Shown: in pieces, positions 9,057 through 18,713 of the stretch
How the letters are laid out: every line of letters begins with the position of its first letter
Position numbering within the stretch: the first letter of the stretch is position 1
Origin: Halioglobus sp.
GTDB taxonomy: Bacteria > Pseudomonadota > Gammaproteobacteria > Pseudomonadales > Halieaceae
Direction of reading: 5' to 3'
Length of the DNA stretch: 64,000 nt
Assembly: GCA_047611225.1 (NCBI GenBank)
Contig: JBLFWP010000003.1
Location: 88,583-152,582, forward strand
Made by a program: the position numbers and the translations under genes
The notes under the pieces: generated by a model
Seen by the model: the letters and a program-made list of their open reading frames with translations, nothing else
Told to the model about the DNA's origin: nothing
Database searches by the model: none

Positions 9057-10814
9057 CTAGAGGCGCTCACCGGGGCCTATATCTTCAACGTCGTGTGCTG
9101 CGGGGGCATCGCCCGGGGTGCGGATTGTATCGATCAAGACCAGCACACGAGCCGGTGGCGCGCTTGAGAAGCGCGAGACGGTGAAGGCTGTAGCAAAATT
9201 TACAATAGCACCCACCGCGCCAAATGCATTGGGCTCTATACCGAGAAACCAGTTGGCCGGCGTATCACCGAGAAATGCCGTTCCCGGAATAAACATAATA
9301 CCCTTGTGCTGAAACACGTAAAAAAGCGTGACGCCAATACCGCTGACCATCCCTGCAATAGCACCTTCTTTAGTAACGCGCTTGGAAAAAATACCCATCA
9401 TCAACACGGGAAAGATAGAAGAGGCTGCCAACCCAAAAGCCAGCGCAACCGTACCTGCAGCGAAGCCCGGCGGATTCAAGCCTAGGTAGCCAGCGCCCAC
9501 AACAGCAAACCCCATCGCGATTCGACTAGCCAACAGCTCCTGCTTTTCACTAATACCGGGGCGTATCATGCCCTTCAACAAGTCGTGGGAAATGGCGGAG
9601 GCAATTGCCAGCAACAAACCAGCTGCAGTTGAGAGGGCTGCCGCTAACCCGCCCGCCGCCACCAACGCGATAACCCAGTTGGGCAGCTGCGCAATTTCAG
9701 GATTGGCCAGTACCATGATGTCCTGGTCGACCTTGGTCATCTCATTGGTCTCTTCGTCGGCGCTGTACTGAATTCGCCCGTCATTATTTTTGTCTTCAAA
9801 GGCCAGTAGACCCGTCTTCTCCCAGTTGCGGAACCATTGGGGCCTCTTCTCGATCTCCAGATACTGTCCCGGCAACGGCTCCAGTGTTTCCATCAAGTTG
9901 AGGCGTGCCATACCTGCTACAGCAGGAGCCGTGGTGTAAAGAATCGCGATGAAAACCAACGCCCAACCCGCCGAGGTTCGCGCGTCTCTCACCTTCGGTA
10001 CGGTGAAGAAGCGGATGATGACGTGTGGCAGACCGGCAGTACCAATCATCAGCGACAGTGTGTAGGCAAACATGTTGAGTCCGCTCAGGCGTACATCCGT
10101 GGTGTATTCCTTGAAGCCTAGCTCCGTCACTACCTGATCGAGACGATCGAGCAGATAAACATCGGTGCCCACCATGGTGCTTCCCAGGCCGAGTTGAGGG
10201 ATGGGGTTGCCGGTGAGTTGTAAACTAATGAAAATGGCCGGAATGGTGTACGCCAAAATCAACACACAATACTGTGCGATCTGCGTGTACGTGATGCCTT
10301 TCATGCCACCTAGCACAGCGTAGAAAAAAACAATAATCATTCCTATGTAGAGACCGGTGTCGTAGTCCACTTCCAAAAAGCGCGAAAAGGCCACTCCTAT
10401 CCCTTTCATCTGGCCGATGACATAAGTCACGGAACAGATGATGAGGCACATAACTGCCACGCCCCTGGCAGCCTTGGAATAGTAACGATCACCAATAAAT
10501 TCAGGCACCGTGTACTTGCCGTATTTACGTAAATAGGGCGCCAGCAACATTGCGAGAAGAACGAAGCCGCCAGTCCAGCCCATCAAAAATACGCTGCCGC
10601 CATAACCCATAAAAGCGATGAGGCCGGCCATCGAAATAAACGACGCGGCACTCATCCAGTCTGCAGCCGTCGCCATGCCATTGGCGATGGGATGTATTCC
10701 GCCACCCGCAACGTAAAATTCAGAAGTGCTGCCTGCTCGAGCCCAGAAAGCGATGCCAATGTAGAGGGCAAAGGTGGCCCCCACGACGATATAAGTCAGA
10801 GTCTGAAGATCCAT
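9057..10814 (-). CDS. actP: Sodium:solute symporter, ActP-like (acetate/monocarboxylate)
   Basis: NGMATAADWMSAASFIS, GGMKGITYTQ, GTAGLPHVIIRFFTVP; paired with a DUF4212 gene. Confidence 0.85.
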   Translation of the reverse strand: MDLQTLTYIVVGATFALYIGIAFWARAGSTSEFYVAGGGIHPIANGMATAADWMSAASFISMAGLIAFMGYGGSVFLMGWTGGFVLLAMLLAPYLRKYGKYTVPEFIGDRYYSKAARGVAVMCLIICSVTYVIGQMKGIGVAFSRFLEVDYDTGLYIGMIIVFFYAVLGGMKGITYTQIAQYCVLILAYTIPAIFISLQLTGNPIPQLGLGSTMVGTDVYLLDRLDQVVTELGFKEYTTDVRLSGLNMFAYTLSLMIGTAGLPHVIIRFFTVPKVRDARTSAGWALVFIAILYTTAPAVAGMARLNLMETLEPLPGQYLEIEKRPQWFRNWEKTGLLAFEDKNNDGRIQYSADEETNEMTKVDQDIMVLANPEIAQLPNWVIALVAAGGLAAALSTAAGLLLAIASAISHDLLKGMIRPGISEKQELLASRIAMGFAVVGAGYLGLNPPGFAAGTVALAFGLAASSIFPVLMMGIFSKRVTKEGAIAGMVSGIGVTLFYVFQHKGIMFIPGTAFLGDTPANWFLGIEPNAFGAVGAIVNFATAFTVSRFSSAPPARVLVLIDTIRTPGDAPAAHDVEDIGPGERL

Positions 10815-10822
10815 TTTTTCTT

Positions 10823-11089
10823 CTACTCCTCGTCCACGCCGAATTCACGATCCAGAGCCGCCATCTTTTTGGCGTAGTAGAAGATCAGCACAACAAAGAC
10901 ATAAATAGCGCCCTGCTGCGCAAACCAGAAGCCCAGCTTGTAGCCACCCAGTTGTATCTGGTTCAGCACGTCGAATAGTAAAATGCCGCAGCCGTAGCTG
11001 ACCACAAACCAAACCACCAACAACTTCCCCATCAGGGAAAGATTGCGACGCCAGTATTCTTTGGCTCTTTGTTCGTTTAGTTGTGGCAC
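10823..11089 (-). CDS. DUF4212 small membrane subunit of the solute symporter
   Basis: YWRRNL...GYKLGFWFAQQGAI; GGAGG SD before GTG. Confidence 0.9.
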   Translation of the reverse strand: MPQLNEQRAKEYWRRNLSLMGKLLVVWFVVSYGCGILLFDVLNQIQLGGYKLGFWFAQQGAIYVFVVLIFYYAKKMAALDREFGVDEE

Positions 11090-11369
11090 GGCGCGCCTCC
11101 GGTAGTGTTGTTTTTATAAGTTGGAATAGCTGTGGCTACTATAAGCTGAATCCAGCGGTATGGCATCCCTCTACCAAGGGTATGCCCCAGGCCGGCGGCC
11201 TGCGAAAGAGAGTGTACTTCTAGGAAGTAAAGCTTAATGCGTGGTTGTCAGTCCACCAATAGTGAGCCTCGACACGCGGTGAATGTTCCAGATGATATGG
11301 CGGGACACGGTGTGTCCTGAAAGCGTAGTTCGCCCGGAGTGGGCGGCCTACTGAGCACCAGCAGAAAAT

Positions 11370-12227
11370 CTACAACTCCGGAATAAGCTTGGAAAACTCT
11401 TCAATCATCGGCATAACAATATCCGGCTTATCCCAGTTCTCCATGCCCACACCGATATTGCATCGATCAACACCCATATCCCGGTAAGACTTCAGTAAGT
11501 CTGCAGTGACAGGCGCCATGACAACCATGGTGATGTCTACATCGTCAGGATTGCGATCGTTGTCCCGCACCAGTTGCTTGAAGTTTATGATGTCTTGCTT
11601 GATGTCCTGCATGGCTACATCCACAGGCATCCACCCGTCTGCCCATTGGGCGGCGTGCTTGATACCCAGCGGCCCCATTGCGCCGAAGGTAACGGGAGGC
11701 CCACCTGGACGCATGGCTTTTGGCTCGAACCATACTGGGTCAAAGTCTATAAGTTCCCCGTGGAATTCGGGTTCGGCATCAGTGAGCAATGCACGTTGCG
11801 CCAGCACCGTCTCTTTAAGAGCAAGGTAGCGCCTATCAAACGGCAAGCTGGTCGCGTTTTCAAACTCTTCCTGATTCCACCCTACCCCGCAGCCAATCAC
11901 GACTCGGCCATTTGAGAGCCTATCCAGCGTGGCGATTGTTTTGGTTTGGGAGAACAGTTCGCGCTCCATTAGCAACGCAATACCGGTACCAAATTTGAGC
12001 GTAGAGGTGACACCGGCAGCCGCCATGAGAGAAATATAGGGATCCATCATCTTCTTGTAGGGATCAGGCATTTCACCGCCTGGAGGATAAGGCGTGGTTC
12101 GCGCCACAGGTATGTGGCTGTGTTCTCCATACCATAAGGATTCGAAACCCGCTTCTTCGAGCGTAGTGGCCAGCAATTGCGGCGCGGGATCATCCGCCGT
12201 ATTCATCGAACTGAATCCAAGGTGCAT
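11370..12227 (-). CDS. Luciferase-like (LLM) oxidoreductase, F420-dependent-like subfamily
   Basis: GFESLWYGEHSHIP, DPYISL, TLDRLSNGR, GVGWNQEEF, ADGWMP. Confidence 0.85.
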   Translation of the reverse strand: MHLGFSSMNTADDPAPQLLATTLEEAGFESLWYGEHSHIPVARTTPYPPGGEMPDPYKKMMDPYISLMAAAGVTSTLKFGTGIALLMERELFSQTKTIATLDRLSNGRVVIGCGVGWNQEEFENATSLPFDRRYLALKETVLAQRALLTDAEPEFHGELIDFDPVWFEPKAMRPGGPPVTFGAMGPLGIKHAAQWADGWMPVDVAMQDIKQDIINFKQLVRDNDRNPDDVDITMVVMAPVTADLLKSYRDMGVDRCNIGVGMENWDKPDIVMPMIEEFSKLIPEL

Positions 12228-12309
12228 AAAGATTTCCTCTACGTCGTTTCTCTAAAAATTTGCGCCAAGCGAAGCGGGAGACGGTTCAAACATATTTCAA
12301 GGCGAGTTA

Positions 12310-13362
12310 TTAGCCGCGCCTATTTCGCACTGCCTGCGCTAACGCTTTAAGTAACACTTCAGTATCTTTCCAGCCCATGCAGGCATCGGTGATGCTCTGC
12401 CCGTAGGTAAGCGGCTGATCCTTGACCACGTTCTGCCTGCCTTCTACCAAGTTACTTTCCAGCATCACACCAAAAATGCTTTGGCTGCCGCGTGTGACTT
12501 GTGTGGCTACATCGTTGGCCACGTCAATCTGACGTGCAGGCTGTTTACGGCTATTGGCATGACTCGCGTCTATCATAATGCGCGATGGTAGCCCGGCTTT
12601 ATTAAGCATGGCTTCAGCATCTTCAACCGAAAACATATCGTAATTGGGCTGTTTACCGCCGCGCAGAATGATATGGCAATCCTCGTTTCCCGTGGTCTGG
12701 AAAATCGCGGAGTGGCCCTGCTTGGTGACTGATAGAAAATGGTGTGGCTGCGAAGCTGACTTGATCGCGTCAATGGCAACCTGGATATCACCGTCTGTCG
12801 CATTTTTGAAACCCACGGGGCAGGACAGACCAGATGACAACTCTCGGTGCGTCTGGCTTTCAGTGGTACGCGCGCCAATTGCCCCCCAGGACACCAAATC
12901 TGCGTAGAACTGCGGGCTGATAAGGTCCAGGTACTCAGTGCCCGTGGGCAAGCCCAGCTCTGCCAAATCCAGAAGCAACTGACGGGCAAGCCGCAAGCCT
13001 TTGTTAATCTGGAAGGTGTTGTTGAGGTCGGGGTCGTTGATCAACCCTTTCCAGCCCACGGTGGTGCGTGGTTTCTCAAAGTAAACACGCATCACCACCA
13101 CAATATCTTCAGCAATGGCATCCGCTACAGGCTTAAGCAGGCGTGCGTAGTCCATCGCTGCGACGGGATCGTGTATAGAGCAAGGCCCGACAATAACAAG
13201 CAGCCTATCGTCTTCGCCTGCCAAAATTGAGTGAATGGTGCCGCGCGCCTTGGCAACCGCTGCGGCGGCTTCCGCGCTGACAGGTATTTCTCCGATCAGC
13301 TTTTCCGGCGCTACCAGTTCATTGGTCGCCTGAATGCGGAGATCATCGGTATTCGCTGTCAT
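12310..13362 (-). CDS. aroG: Class I DAHP synthase
   Basis: GPCSIHD, RVYFEKPRTTVGWKGLIND, IGARTTESQ, DASHANS. Confidence 0.92.
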   Translation of the reverse strand: MTANTDDLRIQATNELVAPEKLIGEIPVSAEAAAAVAKARGTIHSILAGEDDRLLVIVGPCSIHDPVAAMDYARLLKPVADAIAEDIVVVMRVYFEKPRTTVGWKGLINDPDLNNTFQINKGLRLARQLLLDLAELGLPTGTEYLDLISPQFYADLVSWGAIGARTTESQTHRELSSGLSCPVGFKNATDGDIQVAIDAIKSASQPHHFLSVTKQGHSAIFQTTGNEDCHIILRGGKQPNYDMFSVEDAEAMLNKAGLPSRIMIDASHANSRKQPARQIDVANDVATQVTRGSQSIFGVMLESNLVEGRQNVVKDQPLTYGQSITDACMGWKDTEVLLKALAQAVRNRRG

Positions 13363-13570
13363 CTTGTTGTCTTACCTGTTGCTATGGGGGCCAAAAGCCC
13401 CCCGAAAGAAGGCGCACAATATACCACAGGGCCCCGCTTACTTGGGACCCCACCCGGCGGGTTGCTTATGATCTGAATGGGGCAGTATGATGGAGTAGAC
13501 CTCAATACTTCTCTCAAATCGCACAGGCTTCGGCACGGCGACTAATTTATATAAAAAGGGATTCCCAGCA

Positions 13571-15070
13571 ATGCCAAAATACCTCGCTCGTCTTGCCCTA
13601 GCTGCCGGCCTGATCAATGGACTGGTCGCCTGCTCCGACAACAATGACCAGAACAGCGCGATTAACCCGTGCGCCGGAATTGAAGCCGAGGTGGTGCGCC
13701 TGTTTCTGCAGCAGTTAACCGACTCTAGCGTGATCGTCAAATGGCGCGGTGATGCATCCGCAGCCTGTTTTGGCAACGCCCAAGACAGCTTAAATACCTA
13801 TGTGGAGGCTACTTCCACAGATGGCGATCATAAAGAAGCTTACATAAACGGGCTGAATCCGGAGACGATGTACTACTACTCCGTTGGCGGGGCTCCCACC
13901 GCGCCTGCAGATCAATATTTCACAACATCGCCCACAACCGGCAACTTGCCTGCAGACGGCACCACCAGAATCTGGCTGATCGGCGACTCAGGCACTGGCG
14001 GCGATGACGAGCGCGAAGACCATGAGGGTGAAGCGCTTGAGGTGCTTGCAGGCATGCAAAGCTATATCGCCGACGATGGGCAGGATATTGATCTGTTCCT
14101 GATGCTGGGAGACAACGCCTACACTGTAGGCAGTGATTTCAATTACCAACAGGCAGTGTTCGAGACCTATCCGGAGCTACTGAAAAACTTCTCCGTATGG
14201 CCAACAATCGGCAACCACGAGATGGGCTTTTTTGGCGTCTCCAGCTCCCCTGATCCCGAGAGTTATATTCAGCAACCTGGTGATGAACCCAGCGGGATGC
14301 CTTATCTGGATATCTTCACTCTCCCTACCGACGGTGAAACAGGCGGCGTTGCCAGCGGCACTGAGCAGTTCTATTCATTCGATTATGGCAACGTGCATAT
14401 CGTGAGCCTGGACTCCCAGTTATCTGCCAGAGACGACTCACAGCGCGCAGCCATGCGCAGCTGGGTGATTGACGACTTATCCGCCAATACCTCGGACTGG
14501 ACCGTTGTCATCTTCCACCACCCTCCTTATTCCAAGGGTTCGAATCATGATTCCGATACTACGGAGACGCGCGGTACTATCGATGTGCCCCAGCGGCTTA
14601 TGCGAGAGGAATTTGTCAGCGTGTTCGACGACTACGGCGTTGACGTAGTGTACGGCGGACATTCCCATTCCTATGAGCGAAGCTATTACCTCTCCGGGCA
14701 CACCGGCAAATCGGACACCTTTTCCCCCGCCGAACACGCTGAGCTTATAGACGGCGAACCTGCATCCGGACGAGACGGTGAAGGCTATGCACAGCTTAGC
14801 CCCACCAGCGGCGGAGTTGATGACCGCGTGGTGTATACCGTGGCGGGTAATGGCGGCAAGGCCGACGAAGATGCCGGCCGCCTTACTAACCCGGCTGTGT
14901 GGTTGCGTCACCCTGCTCATATCGAGCAACCGGCGGATACTGCCACGCCTAAGCATCGAGGCGTAAACGTCCTTGGCTCGGTTGTACTGGATGCCTCCGC
15001 TGATCGCTTGCAGGCCAACTTCATCAATACGGACGGTGTAGTTCTGGATAGCTTCAGCATTACTCGCTAA
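13571..15070 (+). CDS. Lipoprotein purple acid phosphatase-type metallophosphoesterase with N-terminal FN3-like domain
   Basis: Lipobox LVAC; GDSG, GDNAY, GNHE, FHHPPY and GHSH metal-ligand motifs. Confidence 0.88.
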   Translation: MPKYLARLALAAGLINGLVACSDNNDQNSAINPCAGIEAEVVRLFLQQLTDSSVIVKWRGDASAACFGNAQDSLNTYVEATSTDGDHKEAYINGLNPETMYYYSVGGAPTAPADQYFTTSPTTGNLPADGTTRIWLIGDSGTGGDDEREDHEGEALEVLAGMQSYIADDGQDIDLFLMLGDNAYTVGSDFNYQQAVFETYPELLKNFSVWPTIGNHEMGFFGVSSSPDPESYIQQPGDEPSGMPYLDIFTLPTDGETGGVASGTEQFYSFDYGNVHIVSLDSQLSARDDSQRAAMRSWVIDDLSANTSDWTVVIFHHPPYSKGSNHDSDTTETRGTIDVPQRLMREEFVSVFDDYGVDVVYGGHSHSYERSYYLSGHTGKSDTFSPAEHAELIDGEPASGRDGEGYAQLSPTSGGVDDRVVYTVAGNGGKADEDAGRLTNPAVWLRHPAHIEQPADTATPKHRGVNVLGSVVLDASADRLQANFINTDGVVLDSFSITR

Positions 15071-15080
15071 GCCTTCCTCA

Positions 15081-15947
15081 ATGCCATTCACTTGCCAGGC
15101 ACGTGAGCGTCATCGCTCACGTGCGCTGATGACGGGGCTGACGCTCGTTATCTCCCTTGCCGCAATCCGCGTTCCCCACGCCCTGTCTCACCCCGGCGAG
15201 CACGAACAAGTGCAGCGCATCACCGCCTCTATTGATCAAGCACCTCAAAATCAAGAGTTGTACATCAGGCGCGGTTCTATCTATAGCCAGGGCGGCCAGT
15301 TTGACGCCGCCAAACAAGACCTCGCGCAGGCAGAGAAACTCGGTGAACCCGTGTTCGCCGCCTACGAATGGGGCCTGCTTTATCACCGTATGGAAGAGTT
15401 TGAACAGGCCGAAGCGTATTTCAGCCTCTATATAAAGCGGTTTTCCGTGACTGCGGGAGCTTACGAATCCCGAGCACAACTGCGGCGCGACGCGCGAGAC
15501 TACCCCGGCGCCGTCGCCGACCTTCAGCGTTACTTTGAATTACGTGGCAATCCCCACCCCGGTAATTACATTGCAGCTGCAAGTATGCTGGCGGAGATGG
15601 ACAAAGTTGAAGAGGCTCTTGCGCTGCTAGATAGCGGCATGGAAAAACTCGGGATGACACCTCAGTTGCAGCGACAGGCAATTACATTGGAGCAGCAACG
15701 CGGGGAACTCTCGCTGGCCATCAAGCGCCTTGAAACCCTGCGGCTACCATTGAAGGAAAATGCCGGCTGGCAGCTAGAAATGGCAGGGCTACTTACGCTG
15801 GACGGGCGCCCGCAAGAAGCAATATCCCTGTTAGAAAAACTCGATAGTGACTTGGAAGATGTTCGTGCCACCCCTGCGCGACAAGACTTACAACGCAGAG
15901 CGAATGCACTGCGTTCCAGCCTCGAAAAGCCCTCACCTATCCTGTAG
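15081..15947 (+). CDS. Exported tetratricopeptide-repeat protein
   Basis: Signal-like segment then HPGEH; TPR-like repeats; 10 bp after the phosphatase stop (alternative start 15129). Confidence 0.75.
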   Translation: MPFTCQARERHRSRALMTGLTLVISLAAIRVPHALSHPGEHEQVQRITASIDQAPQNQELYIRRGSIYSQGGQFDAAKQDLAQAEKLGEPVFAAYEWGLLYHRMEEFEQAEAYFSLYIKRFSVTAGAYESRAQLRRDARDYPGAVADLQRYFELRGNPHPGNYIAAASMLAEMDKVEEALALLDSGMEKLGMTPQLQRQAITLEQQRGELSLAIKRLETLRLPLKENAGWQLEMAGLLTLDGRPQEAISLLEKLDSDLEDVRATPARQDLQRRANALRSSLEKPSPIL

Positions 15948-16508
15948 CTGCCACCACTGGTCCAACATAGTTCCTATGGTATTTGCTGCAACAAGGTGGG
16001 CGCCGTACCAAGTGTGCAAACAGCGAATACGGCTGAAATCACCGATACCCCCTATCCCTTTGGTAGCCATTACTGAGCCGTAATTGAGCGTTTTCAATTT
16101 TTGTTCAATCTCGACTGACATGTAAGTCTGCCGCTGCTGGATGTGTTTCTGATGATCTTCTCGCATCGCTTTCTGGAGCTCGGTGCCCTCATCGACACGC
16201 TGCTGAAACGCCTTGATCAACCCACCCGCCTCGGCCTGATCGATGCGGTAACAAATATCCGGGTCTATCAGCCAATACAGGGTAGGAAACGGCTTGTCGT
16301 CCACCAGGCTGGCGACACGAATCACCATGGGCTGGCCATCAGCGCGCGCTACAGCAATCTCTTCAAGGCCGCGAGGCTGCCTGCCGAGTAAAACCGCGAC
16401 TTGTTGTACTAGTTCAGGAGATAGCGCCAAAGGATCGTCTAGTGAGTTCAGAAAACCCAATTCTAACTCAAGAACAGGGCCAGATTGCGCTCTTTTATCG
16501 CTAAGCAA
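15933..16508 (-). CDS. DUF501 family protein
   Basis: PFPTLYWLIDP and GIGG...RIRCLH...AHL motifs; start codon uncertain, may be downstream. Confidence 0.8.
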   Translation of the reverse strand: MLSDKRAQSGPVLELELGFLNSLDDPLALSPELVQQVAVLLGRQPRGLEEIAVARADGQPMVIRVASLVDDKPFPTLYWLIDPDICYRIDQAEAGGLIKAFQQRVDEGTELQKAMREDHQKHIQQRQTYMSVEIEQKLKTLNYGSVMATKGIGGIGDFSRIRCLHTWYGAHLVAANTIGTMLDQWWQLQDR

Positions 16509-16524
16509 ATTTCATTTCAAACAT

Positions 16525-16553
16525 TTGACAAACCCCCACTACCTCTCTAGAGT
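16525..16553 (+). promoter_or_regulatory. Sigma70 promoter of the btu operon
   Basis: TTGACA-N17-TAGAGT directly upstream of the riboswitch. Confidence 0.7.
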
Positions 16554-16563
16554 CTCGGCCTGT

Positions 16564-16704
16564 ATCAGGTGCCCGCCGCGAGAACGTTTTGATTGTTCAC
16601 TCTGGGTGGGTTAAATGGGAAGTGTGGTATGACCTTGAGTCACATCCACCGCTGCCCCCGCAACGGTATGCAGTCTTTGACTGTGAGCCCGACACCTGCC
16701 TGAT
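16564..16704 (+). ncRNA. Cobalamin riboswitch
   Basis: ATCAGGTGC...TTAAATGGGAA...CTGCCCCCGCAACGGT...GAGCCCGACACCTGCCTGAT (B12 box, P1 closing ATCAGG/CCTGAT) upstream of btuB. Confidence 0.93.
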
Positions 16705-16821
16705 CATGCGCAACGATGGAGCGGAGGGCTTCATACACGGTTGCTCAGCGCTTGCGTTGTGTTCCCAGATCCCCTCCCTCATTCGCCAACTATATTTTTT
16801 TATGGCTATTGAGGACTACAA

Positions 16822-18699
16822 ATGAACAAGCTATCTCTTATTACCGCTGTTATTACTGCAGTCGGGGCATCCGCCACTGTATCAACCCAGGCACTGGCAC
16901 AGAACACTGAGCCCGCTGCATCCAAACTCGAAGAAATGGTTGTCACTTCTTCTCGCATACCAACACCACTGCGTCAGATAGGCACATCTGTGTCTGTCAT
17001 TAGCCAGGAAGAGATCGAGCTGCGGGGCTTCAATTCCCTGACAGACATCCTGCGCAGCCAGCCCGGTGTCGGTGTTAGCAATCAGGGCGGCGCAGGTGGC
17101 GTCAGCTCCCTGCGTATTCGCGGCGAAGAAAACTTCCGCACCAAAATCTTCCTGGATGACATCGATATCTCAGACACCTCTTCGCCGCAGACAACACCGC
17201 GGGTAGAACAGCTGCTGAGCTCGGGTATCGAGCGGGTGGAGATTTTGCGCGGGCCACAAGGTCTTTTGTACGGCGCAGATGCAGGTGGTGTAATCAACAT
17301 TACAACCATCAGCGCTAAGGAAGGTCTAGGCGGACAAGTCTCCGCAGAGGGTGGCAAATACGGCACTCAGCAATTTGCCGGGAATGTGAATGGCGGTAAC
17401 GAAACTGTCGATTTCAGCCTATCTGCTACTGACTATGAAACTGATGGCTTCAACGCCACTACTACGGACACCGACCTGGGCGACGACGATGGCTATGAGA
17501 ACACCACACTGCACGGACGCTTTGGCTGGAACGTTACCGAGGATCTGCGCCTAAGCCTGGTAGCCCGGGAAGTGCAGGGCGAGAACAAATACGACGGCTG
17601 CCTCAACTCTGATTTCGCAAACAGTAATGGCTGTAGTGATGAGTATGAGCAACAAGCGTGGCGTACGGCCGTAGATTTCGCCATAGGGCGCTTTAATCAT
17701 GAAGTGTCCTACAGCAACAGCGAAATACAGAGGGACTTTTCCTCTGAAGGCGCTCTCAGTTTTTACCTCGACGGAGAGCTGGAACGATCTGGCTACCTGG
17801 GAAGTTTCAAAGGCGGCGAGAACCTGACTCTAGTGTTCGGTGTCGATCTGGAAACCCAATCTATAGACGATGGCTTTACGGCGGTCGATCGTGATCAGAC
17901 TGGCTACTACCTGGAATACCAGGGCGGCTTTTCAGATCAGCTCTACGTTACAGCCGGCGTGCGCTACGATGATAACGACGACTTCGGTACCCACACCTCC
18001 TATCGTTTGAGCGGTGCCTATTTGATTCCTGTCAGCGACGGCGAAATCAAACTTAGAGCAACTTACGGAACAGGCTTTAGGGCACCCAGCCTGAACGAAA
18101 TCGCACTGAATCAAAGCCCCTATACTGGCCCGCCAGCATTCGGTCTCGAGCTGTCTGAAGAAAATAGTGAAGGCTTCGATCTAGGCGTTTCCTATGTGGC
18201 TGATTCAGGGCTGTATCTGGAAGCAGTGTACTTCGATCAAACCATCACTGATGAGATCTTCTACGACTTCAACTCCTATGGGTATCTACAGTCGGACGGT
18301 GACAGCGATTCGACCGGTATTGAATTGATCGGCGAATTACCGCTGCTGGAAGAGCTGTTCCTCACCGCAAACTACACCTATACCGATTCCCAGACGCTGA
18401 CTGGTGAGCAACGTCCTCGCCGCCCTGAGCATACTGCGAACGCTGGCCTGAAGGTCGTGGCTTTCAACGACACTCTGGTACTTGCGGTCAACCTGCGTAT
18501 GTCACGGGATGCGGTAGATGTAGATGGCACAGAGTTGGACAACTACGAAGTCGTGGACTTTGACGCTAGCTACACGGTCACTGAGGGCCTGGATGTATAT
18601 GGCCGCGTGGAAAACCTATTCGATGAAGACTATGAAGAGATTCCCACCTACAATACCAGTGGAGCTGCAGGCTATGTCGGCCTGAGGTATTCCTTCTAG
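16822..18699 (+). CDS. btuB: TonB-dependent cobalamin receptor
   Basis: TonB box EEMVVT, plug motif IERVEILRGP..LYG.DA.GGVINI, C-terminal Phe; lies under the B12 riboswitch. Confidence 0.85.
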   Translation: MNKLSLITAVITAVGASATVSTQALAQNTEPAASKLEEMVVTSSRIPTPLRQIGTSVSVISQEEIELRGFNSLTDILRSQPGVGVSNQGGAGGVSSLRIRGEENFRTKIFLDDIDISDTSSPQTTPRVEQLLSSGIERVEILRGPQGLLYGADAGGVINITTISAKEGLGGQVSAEGGKYGTQQFAGNVNGGNETVDFSLSATDYETDGFNATTTDTDLGDDDGYENTTLHGRFGWNVTEDLRLSLVAREVQGENKYDGCLNSDFANSNGCSDEYEQQAWRTAVDFAIGRFNHEVSYSNSEIQRDFSSEGALSFYLDGELERSGYLGSFKGGENLTLVFGVDLETQSIDDGFTAVDRDQTGYYLEYQGGFSDQLYVTAGVRYDDNDDFGTHTSYRLSGAYLIPVSDGEIKLRATYGTGFRAPSLNEIALNQSPYTGPPAFGLELSEENSEGFDLGVSYVADSGLYLEAVYFDQTITDEIFYDFNSYGYLQSDGDSDSTGIELIGELPLLEELFLTANYTYTDSQTLTGEQRPRRPEHTANAGLKVVAFNDTLVLAVNLRMSRDAVDVDGTELDNYEVVDFDASYTVTEGLDVYGRVENLFDEDYEEIPTYNTSGAAGYVGLRYSF

Positions 18700-18713
18700 T
18701 AAAAGGTAACGGA

